This document shows, one piece after another, positions 30,137 through 37,814 of a DNA stretch of 64,000 nt (position 1 is its first letter; every line of letters begins with the position of its first letter). The stretch covers positions 3,392,001-3,456,000 of the forward strand of contig OZ220733.1 of the NCBI GenBank assembly GCA_965116875.1, given 5' to 3'. The stretch comes from Candidatus Latescibacterota bacterium. GTDB lineage: Bacteria; Latescibacterota; UBA2968; GCA-2709665. The notes under the pieces are model-generated. The model searched no databases, was not told the origin of the DNA, and saw only the letters and a program-made list of their open reading frames with translations. The position numbers were made by a program, and so were the translations under genes.

Positions 30137-31768
30137 ATGAAAGCCTCCGATTTGTTTGTAAGAGCCCTTGAGGCAGAGGGCGTGGAATACATCTTCGCCA
30201 TCCCCGGCGAGGAGAACCTGGACCTGCTCGAGTCATTGCGCGAGTCGAGTATCCGCGTCATCGTCAACCGGCACGAACAGGCGGCGGGCTTCATGGCCGC
30301 CACGTACGGGCGTCTCACCGGCAAGACCGGGGTGTGCCTGTCCACTCTCGGGCCCGGGGCCACGAATTTCGTCACGGCGGCGGCGTACGCGCAACTGGGC
30401 GGCATGCCGCTGCTGATGATCACCGGGCAGAAGCCCATCAAGTCGAGCAAGCAGGGCCATTTCCAGATCGTAGACGTGGTTGAGATGATGCGGCCGCTGA
30501 CGAAGTACACCACCCGCATCGTCAGCGGCGCGACCATTCCGCCCCGGGTGCGGGAGGCGTTCCGCGTGGCGGAGGAGGAGCGGCCGGGAGCCGTACACCT
30601 GGAGTTGCCCGAAGACATCGCCGCGGAAGAGGCAGTGGCGCACCTCTATCCCGGGGATCGGGTGCGGCGACCGGTAGCGGAGGACAAGGCGGTCGCACGG
30701 GCCGTAGCGATGATTGAGGATGCTTGCCGGCCCCTTCTGCTGGTGGGGGCGGGCGCCAATCGCAAGCGCACGTCCAATATGCTGGTCCGGTTCATCGACA
30801 AAACGGGCATACCCTGGTTCAACACGCAGATGGGCAAGGGCGTTGTGGATGAACGCCATCCGCTGTACCTGGGGAACGCGGCCCTGTCTTCCGGCGACGC
30901 CATCCACTGCGCCATCGAGCGGGCCGACCTGATCATCAACGTGGGACACGACGTGGTTGAAAAGCCGCCCTTCCTGATGCAGGACGGCGGCCTGAATGTC
31001 ATCCACGTCAACTTTTCCTCGGCCGAGGTGGATCCCGTCTATTTCCCGCAACTCGAGGTGATCGGCGACATCGGCAACAGCCTCTGGCAGATCTACCGGA
31101 AGATCGAGCGCCAGCCCCACTGGTCGTTCGACTATTTCCTCAGGGTGAAGGCGTGGGCAGACGCGAAGCTGGCCGTCGGCGATGACGACGACCGTTTTCC
31201 GGTGCTCCCGCAGCGGTTGGTGGCCGACGTGAGGCGCGTGATGCCGGACGACGGCCTGATTGCCCTGGATAACGGTGTCTACAAGATTTGGTTCGCGCTT
31301 AACTATCGCGCCCACCAGCCGAATACGGTGTTGCTGGACAACGCCCTGGCAACCATGGGCGCGGGTCTGCCTTCCGCCATGGCGGCCAGCCTGCTGTACC
31401 CGGACCGCGACGTGGTGGCAATCTGCGGCGATGGCGGCTTCATGATGAATTCGCAGGAGCTGGAGACCGCCGTCCGGCTGGGCCTGAAACTTGTGACGCT
31501 GGTGCTGCGGGATAACGCCTACGGCATGATCAAGTGGAAGCAGGCCGATATGGGGCTGCCGGATTTCGGGCTGGATTACGGGAATCCGGATTTCGTGCGC
31601 TATGCCGAGAGCTACGGCGCCGCGGGGCACCGGCTGGAACGGACGGACGCGTTGGCCGGATTGCTGAAGCGTTGCCTCAAAGAAGGCGGCGTTCACCTGA
31701 TCGAGGTGCCGGTGGACTATTCGGGAAACCACAAGCTGCTGGATGGACAGTTGGTGTGTCCGTTGTAG
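30137..31768 (+). CDS. Acetolactate synthase large-subunit-like ThDP enzyme
   Basis: IPGEENL, RHEQAAGFMA, TLGPGATN, GDGGF..N, DNAYGMI. Confidence 0.92.
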   Translation: MKASDLFVRALEAEGVEYIFAIPGEENLDLLESLRESSIRVIVNRHEQAAGFMAATYGRLTGKTGVCLSTLGPGATNFVTAAAYAQLGGMPLLMITGQKPIKSSKQGHFQIVDVVEMMRPLTKYTTRIVSGATIPPRVREAFRVAEEERPGAVHLELPEDIAAEEAVAHLYPGDRVRRPVAEDKAVARAVAMIEDACRPLLLVGAGANRKRTSNMLVRFIDKTGIPWFNTQMGKGVVDERHPLYLGNAALSSGDAIHCAIERADLIINVGHDVVEKPPFLMQDGGLNVIHVNFSSAEVDPVYFPQLEVIGDIGNSLWQIYRKIERQPHWSFDYFLRVKAWADAKLAVGDDDDRFPVLPQRLVADVRRVMPDDGLIALDNGVYKIWFALNYRAHQPNTVLLDNALATMGAGLPSAMAASLLYPDRDVVAICGDGGFMMNSQELETAVRLGLKLVTLVLRDNAYGMIKWKQADMGLPDFGLDYGNPDFVRYAESYGAAGHRLERTDALAGLLKRCLKEGGVHLIEVPVDYSGNHKLLDGQLVCPL

Positions 31769-31783
31769 GTAGGACCGGCAGAC

Positions 31784-32200
31784 GGGCGACCACAAGGGTC
31801 GCCCCTGCAGATGGAATATCGGCGCGTGGAACATAAGCGCCTGGTTTGGTGATGGCAGCGCGGTCTTCTCGATTTCCAGGATCGAGGGCATCCTGCCCTC
31901 GTTGGCCGTTTCGCGAACGTGTTGGCTACCGTCAGGCGGGCGACCACAAGGGTCGCCCCTACATAGGAAATAAAGGTGCAAGGTTCCGGGATGGCAGCGT
32001 GGACCTTTCGATATCCAGGAGCGAGGGCATCCTGCCCTCGGTAGCCGTCTCGCGACAGCGTTGCGCTGCCGACAGGTGGGCGACCACAAGGGTCGCCCCT
32101 ACAAATGGAACATGGTCACATGGAACATAGGCGCAAGATCTGGTGATGGCAGCGCTGTTTTCTCGATTCTCCAGGAGCGAGGGCTTCCTGCCCTCGATAG
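31784..32200. repeat. Three tandem 140-154 bp units, each with two different REP palindromes
   Basis: GGGCGACCACAAGGGTCGCCCCT at 31784, 31938, 32078; CGAGGGC(A/T)TCCTGCCCTCG at 31883, 32022, 32178; shared GATGGCAGCG linker. Confidence 0.9.
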
Positions 32201-32281
32201 GCGCCTCGCGACGACGTTCTGTCTTAAAACCGCAGAAAGACATGCGGAAATGAGCGCGCGACCCCGTTTGATGGTCCAATC

Positions 32282-32409
32282 ACTCCCCCCTTGAGGGGGA
32301 GTCGCAGAAGCCGAGCCGTCCCCTGAGCTTGCGGTCCCTGAGCACTTGCCCTGAGCCTGTCGAAGGGTGTCGAAGGGTCGAAGGCGCTGCCCTGAGCCTG
32401 TCGAAGGGG
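32282..32409. repeat. REP cluster: ACTCCCCC-hairpin plus CCCTGAGC(CTGTCGAAGGG) repeats
   Basis: Four CCCTGAGC and four GTCGAAGG copies; related CATTGAGCTTGTCGAAATG at 63965. Confidence 0.75.
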
Positions 32410-33096
32410 CCGGCGACGGCTGATGCAGTGGGGGATTTCAACACCATTCGGTATGCAAGCAGCAAATTCAAACATGAACGCATCTTGCGTTGACGTCATA
32501 GTTGTAGTGTCTAAGGTCATTTATCTCGATGAGTCCGGATTCCGCTCCACTCATGGTTTATTCGTCCTGCCATCGTCGAGAATCCCACCTCGTTAATCCA
32601 TATCCACCGCTTGAACCTTCCCGGCACTCCTCTCGCGAAACATCCTGACAGCGACCGCTCGACTTAGTACACCCCTCCTCATCTGTACACCATCCCCCAC
32701 ACGTTCATGTCGCGGAAACGGACGGCGAAGCACCACTCCGAAGACCATAACGACGGCTTCAACCGCTCGTTTGACCGTACTGTCAAAGCCGTCAGGCAGG
32801 CGAAGGATCTCCTTCGGCATGGGATGAACCTGAGTGTTCGTCATCTACCCCGCCCGCCCTTCCTTTTGAAGCATACGAGGCAGGCGGAACAGCCGCTTCC
32901 TCCCGCCGTTCTGACACCCCGATGCTTCCCTTATCAGGCGAAAATCGGTATCTGATTAAAAAAAACACCGGATTTCATCAGAAAACCCGCAAATTCACCA
33001 CATTTATCAGTAACAACCCAACGAAATTTTATTATACTGTCACGCGCTCTGACGCAATTTGCGACACTGTTGTTGACTTCAATTCAATAAAGCCAA

Positions 33097-33291
33097 GCGG
33101 ACGTCCACGTAAAGATCGCCGTGTACTTCGCCGCCGGAACCCGACTGGTCTGGCTTGTGAAACCCGAGACCCGCATGGTACACGTCTACCGGTCACCACA
33201 GCAGGTCGAAGTTCTGGGACCGTAGGACGACCTCGAAGGCGGTGACGTGCTCCCCGGGTTCCGATGCCCCGTTCGGGGGCTCTTTCTTTAG
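33097..33291 (+). pseudogene. Uma2-family (PD-D/ExK) endonuclease C-terminal remnant
   Basis: Manual translation KIAVYFAAGTRLVWLVKPETRMVHVYRSP...GP*DDLEGGDVLPGFRCPVRGLF; internal TAG, no N-terminus. Confidence 0.8.
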
Positions 33292-33305
33292 GATCGTTCA
33301 TCACT

Positions 33306-35012
33306 ATGAGTCTCGAATTCGCGCTCACAGAGAATTTCGTCACGGTCTACTGTGTAGGTATTGTAGCGATCACTTCTATCTTGGCAATAAAGATGGCACG
33401 GAACGCGGTTCCCCTGTATGGTAGGCTTCGTAGCGCGAAGAAGGAATTGACAGACGTTAATGGATCAAAGGATTTCGTCGACGCGTTTGAAGAATACAAT
33501 ACCCATGTCGAGAAGGAACTGGGTCTTCCGTGGACGGAATTTGTAGAGACGCTGCTTCTTCCTGAACCTGAGTCTGGTGATCCCATCCGCAACACCGGTG
33601 ACGTGTCGCGGTACCTGAACGACGCCACCATTATATTTCCCAACATATCAACTGGTTTCTACCAAGCGGTCCCGAATCTGCTGACCGGCGTGGGCATCCT
33701 CGGTACGTTTCTCGGTCTGGCCGCCGGTGTCGGTGCAGCAAGCTCCGGTCTGGCCTCGAGCGATCCGGGAGAGATCACTACCGCCTTACATCGACTTCTG
33801 GGCGGGGCATCGCTGGCGTTCTGGACGTCTATTGTGGGAATAGTCTGTTCTATTCTTTTTGTGGTCGGCGAGCGGTCTGTCACTCGGAGACTACATATCG
33901 CGCTAGTCGATTGGGTTGGAGCCCTTGAGTCACGCTTGGAGCGGGTAACGCCAGAGGGCGTCGCGCTACAACAGCTTGAACAGGCAAGGCGTACGACGAC
34001 ACAACTCGAACGATTTAACACCGAATTGATTTTCTCTCTTGAGAAAGCGCTCGATGAGAAGATTGCGGGTCGGCTGTCGCCGCAGCTTGAGCAACTGTTA
34101 GAAGCGGTCGAGCAACTCCGCGCGGACCGGTCGACTGACAGCGGCCGGATGATCAACGATGCGCTCGACAGGTTCGCGGCCGCAATGCAAGATCGGGCGG
34201 GATCGCAGTTCGATGAGATGGCGTCGATAGTCGCCGACTTGAACCGCACACTGCAGGAGTCGGTTGCCGGACTGGCGCAGTCACAACAGGATGCCCGTAC
34301 GGCGGTCGATTCGGTCCTCACTGCGGTCACGACGTCTATGGATGAAGGTGCGAGCGCCATGAATAGGACGTTGAATGAGTCGCTGGTTGAAATCACAAGC
34401 GCCGTCGCGGCCGCATCTGAAGAAATGGTAGAACGAATGAAAACATCCAGCGCGACGGCTGCAGCTGAAATGTCGAAAACCGTTGGGTCCGTAACTGACA
34501 ACCTGCAGTCCGCGGCGGAGAGTCTCGATCAGTCCACGCGACAGAGTGAACAGGTCTTGAGTGGCATGACGTCGTTCGTCGAGAAGCTCAATGAGTTGCG
34601 CGGTACCATAGAATCGACACATCGCCATATTGGGTCTGCGACGGAACCTGTCGTAAGCGCCGCCCGCGAGATCCGCGAAGCGAGCGACAGAACCGCCGAA
34701 ACGCTGTCGACGACGAGCGACCTGGTGGGCCGCGTCGACGAAGTCGTGAATGCGCTTGAGCAGCACCAGCAGTCGATAGCAGACGCGTGGACGCGATACC
34801 AGGAGCGATTCGAAGACATCGACGGGTCACTTGTAGCGGTCTTCCGACAGATCGACGAAGGGCTGTCGGGGTATTGCCAGCAAGTAAGTGAGTTCGCCAA
34901 CGAACTTGATAAGACGACTTCGGGGACCATTAGAAACCTGGCTGGAGCAACCGCGGAACTCAACGAGTCCATTGAGGATTTGATCACGCGTCTACCTGGA
35001 TCGTCGCGATGA
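33306..35012 (+). CDS. zorA: Zorya ZorA (MotA-like TM region plus long helical tail)
   Basis: PNLLTGVGILGTFLGL and AFWTSIVG TM motifs followed by long alpha-helical tail; start uncertain (33264/33306). Confidence 0.92.
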   Translation: MSLEFALTENFVTVYCVGIVAITSILAIKMARNAVPLYGRLRSAKKELTDVNGSKDFVDAFEEYNTHVEKELGLPWTEFVETLLLPEPESGDPIRNTGDVSRYLNDATIIFPNISTGFYQAVPNLLTGVGILGTFLGLAAGVGAASSGLASSDPGEITTALHRLLGGASLAFWTSIVGIVCSILFVVGERSVTRRLHIALVDWVGALESRLERVTPEGVALQQLEQARRTTTQLERFNTELIFSLEKALDEKIAGRLSPQLEQLLEAVEQLRADRSTDSGRMINDALDRFAAAMQDRAGSQFDEMASIVADLNRTLQESVAGLAQSQQDARTAVDSVLTAVTTSMDEGASAMNRTLNESLVEITSAVAAASEEMVERMKTSSATAAAEMSKTVGSVTDNLQSAAESLDQSTRQSEQVLSGMTSFVEKLNELRGTIESTHRHIGSATEPVVSAAREIREASDRTAETLSTTSDLVGRVDEVVNALEQHQQSIADAWTRYQERFEDIDGSLVAVFRQIDEGLSGYCQQVSEFANELDKTTSGTIRNLAGATAELNESIEDLITRLPGSSR

Positions 35013-35890
35013 CGGGCGGCGACAAACAGATTCCGGACGCGGGTTCCGAAGGACAGAACTACCTCGCCACCGTAAGCGACCTCGTGTCGGCGCTCATATT
35101 TGTTTTCATCATCATGCTGGCTGTATTCGCGTACCAACTCGCAAACGTAATCGAGGATCAGGCCAAAGTCACGGATGAATTGACCGCTTCGGACGAAACG
35201 CGCGACCGCATGCTCCGAGACATCAAGAGTAGGCTCGAAAGATCCGGAATGCGGGTGGAAGTACTCGCTGATCAGGGTGTCTTGCGCTTGTCGGACAATG
35301 CAATCAATTTTCCGTCGGGCAGTGAGATTCCCGTTCCCAAACACCATATGAACGTCGGACGCCTCGCGCAAGCCATCGCCGAGGTGGTACCTTGCTATGT
35401 CTCTACCCCGAAGGCGGCCTCGGCAGCCCGCGACGATGACGACGTCGTGGTCGTGAAGTACGGCGATGACTCACCCACGTACTGCCAACCACGGGCCGAT
35501 CCCGCCAAATACCCATGTAGGGAGCAGGAATTTCGCTGGCTTCTGGAGACATTACTGATCGAGGGCCACACCGACGATGTACCGGTAGCTTCCGGCAATC
35601 GCTTCAAGGACAATCTTGAGTTGGCGTCGATGCGCGCAGCGACTGTCCATCGCATGATCGTCGCGTGCGAACCCGGATTGGAGGGTCTTCTGAACACCAA
35701 CGAATATCCCATTTTGAGCACAAGCGGGTATGGCTACACAAGGCCTGTGACCCGAGACCCGGAGCGGGCTGACGATAACCGGCGCATTGACCTGAGATTC
35801 CTGCTTGAGCCTCCCGCCGGGGCGCTGCACCAGAAGGCGCCGGAGGTCCAGACCGACGTCCACGAAAGGTATGATGAGGAATCACCGTGA
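35009..35890 (+). CDS. zorB: Zorya ZorB (MotB/OmpA-like)
   Basis: TM with conserved Asp (SDLVSALIFVF), IEGHTD, N.ELASMRA, NRRIDLRF; ATGA overlap with zorA. Confidence 0.93.
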   Translation: MTGGDKQIPDAGSEGQNYLATVSDLVSALIFVFIIMLAVFAYQLANVIEDQAKVTDELTASDETRDRMLRDIKSRLERSGMRVEVLADQGVLRLSDNAINFPSGSEIPVPKHHMNVGRLAQAIAEVVPCYVSTPKAASAARDDDDVVVVKYGDDSPTYCQPRADPAKYPCREQEFRWLLETLLIEGHTDDVPVASGNRFKDNLELASMRAATVHRMIVACEPGLEGLLNTNEYPILSTSGYGYTRPVTRDPERADDNRRIDLRFLLEPPAGALHQKAPEVQTDVHERYDEESP

Positions 35891-37650
35891 ATGCGCCCTC
35901 CCTGAAGGAATCGCTGGAGCGTTGGACCCGCCCGCAAAGGCTCCCACGCCACTTCGATCCGCACAGAACGCGTAAAGCAGCCGCAGAAGCAACGAAGACA
36001 CTTGGCGATGTCCAGCCGACAAAGCCAAAGGACTACGACCTTGAGATTCTGCATCGTAGGGTCGTGGAATTATGGCGTCGCAACCGCACTCTTTCTCGAA
36101 TCGTACCCCGTGATCTACGGCGTTTGCCGTGGGTTCTCTTTTACCCGCCAAAACAGACGCGTACCCGTTGGCTGGGTGCGGAACCACGCTTTCTGGAATT
36201 GTACGGCCGCTGGCTGATCGAAGGCCGCCGGTCCCGCGCCGTGATTGCGCTGCTGCACGAGTTTCTCCGTGTATATCCTGTCGGCTTGCGGACCTTTGGC
36301 GATCTGCGAAAAGTGCTGCATAAGGCCGTCAACAGCGGGTCATCGCTGCCTCCTTCTCTGCAGAAATGGCGAAAACGGTGCGGCGATTGGGAGCTCCTCA
36401 GTATGGGTGGCGATCGGTCGTTCGTGGAGAAGCTTCTCTCGGCGTCTGATGCCGTTGACGATATCCTTTTGCGTGCGGGGTTCGATCTCGGACTCGCACG
36501 CGCCGATTTCCTGAATTCGGGCATGCGGGCCTACCTCCCGCGCGCCGAATCGTTATTGAATCAAGGCCGCCTTGAGGCCGCACAAATTGACCGATTGCTC
36601 AAGCTCCTCGAATTCGACGGAAAACTGCGATTTGACAGTATAGCCATGCGCACCGACGTCGCGACGGCGCTGCTCCGTCCCTTTGTCGATCGATCTCCCG
36701 AACCGGCCACGAAGGAATGCCTGCAGCCATTCTTCCTGAGTCACTTCCGTGATCCTCGGCTGGGAATGGGGAAGCACAGGTGGTCAGGGGTTCCGGACGA
36801 AATCCGCCGTGTCGTAATCCGATGGCTCGTAGAACGAACACTCGAACAATTCTTCCTGCTTGTCAAGGAAACGGCACTCGACAGACACTGGCGCTACCGG
36901 GAAGCTTTCTGGCGGGCCTTTCACGAACACGGTCTGATCGATGACATCTGGTTTGTACTTGGTCCACGCGCAAAGGACATTCTGCGAAAGACGAACCAGA
37001 AGAACGACGAGTCGGAAACGAGCGCGGATCTCCACGGCGCCCAGGGCGACCAATCGGTGCTTGTTTTGCGAATGCCCGGTGTGACCATCGCAGAGTGGAG
37101 CCACAACGGCTCGTGTCGAATATGGCTCGATGGAAACAACGCAGCACCAGGGTTTTACGAGTCCAAATATTCTCGATATGATCTTATTGGCGGTGCGAAT
37201 TTCAAACAGGCGCACCAGGGAAGCGACCGCGGATTCTGGCAGGATAGAATTGCACAATGGTTGCGCGAAAATACTGGTGTCGAGATCGGTCGGAACGAGT
37301 ACTTTCCCGACCAGCTGCGTGAACGGCGAAACGACAGATACTCTCACATTGCATCCTCGACCCGGAGACAACGAATTCGGCCGGCTGCAGGCAGCAGGAG
37401 TCGCCCCGATCTACAATTCAAGCGAAAAAAGACGGCCGCGACCGTTATTCGGGAGTTGCGAAAGGTTCGGGACGCTGTAATCGGCTCTCCTAAGAGTCTA
37501 TTGGATCTACGTGATTTCATTAAATCGACCTCACCAGCATGGGCCGCATACGTAGAGGACCACGGAATTCCTGGTTATGAAACACAGTGGAAAACGTTAA
37601 CCGATCACTTGGACGCGACGATCAAACGTCTGCGAGTTGTAGGCAAGTGA
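35887..37650 (+). CDS. zorC: Zorya ZorC (EH-signature protein)
   Basis: F.DPR..W, R..FW, IAEWSHNGSCRIW, H.G...W; GTGA overlap with zorB. Confidence 0.88.
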   Translation: MNAPSLKESLERWTRPQRLPRHFDPHRTRKAAAEATKTLGDVQPTKPKDYDLEILHRRVVELWRRNRTLSRIVPRDLRRLPWVLFYPPKQTRTRWLGAEPRFLELYGRWLIEGRRSRAVIALLHEFLRVYPVGLRTFGDLRKVLHKAVNSGSSLPPSLQKWRKRCGDWELLSMGGDRSFVEKLLSASDAVDDILLRAGFDLGLARADFLNSGMRAYLPRAESLLNQGRLEAAQIDRLLKLLEFDGKLRFDSIAMRTDVATALLRPFVDRSPEPATKECLQPFFLSHFRDPRLGMGKHRWSGVPDEIRRVVIRWLVERTLEQFFLLVKETALDRHWRYREAFWRAFHEHGLIDDIWFVLGPRAKDILRKTNQKNDESETSADLHGAQGDQSVLVLRMPGVTIAEWSHNGSCRIWLDGNNAAPGFYESKYSRYDLIGGANFKQAHQGSDRGFWQDRIAQWLRENTGVEIGRNEYFPDQLRERRNDRYSHIASSTRRQRIRPAAGSRSRPDLQFKRKKTAATVIRELRKVRDAVIGSPKSLLDLRDFIKSTSPAWAAYVEDHGIPGYETQWKTLTDHLDATIKRLRVVGK

Positions 37651-37814
37651 GATTCTCAGTTGAGATATTAAAGGCGATCAGTGGAAGGCGAAAGCACATG
37701 ATCATACCATCTTTCCGTTAGATTAGAAGGCTGGGAAACCGGCCGGTTTTAAACAACTGAACTTGAGCGCAGACTTGGGCCTTGTATATATCCCAGGCCT
37801 GTCGAACGTATTCC

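Noticed and set aside
31784-32200. Possible CRISPR array
   Set aside because: Intervening sequences are >110 bp and homologous to each other; no cas genes; repeats are REP-type
32593-32844. Possible decayed nucleotidyltransferase on the minus strand
   Set aside because: Only a faint VMVFG resemblance that needs frameshifts; cannot be supported
33306-35890. Flagellar MotAB or chemoreceptor
   Set aside because: Long ZorA tail plus adjacent EH-signature and SNF2 genes define Zorya; no flagellar context
37736-37749. Palindrome AAACCGGCCGGTTT between zorC and zorD
   Set aside because: Single 14-bp palindrome with no second copy or promoter context; may be chance
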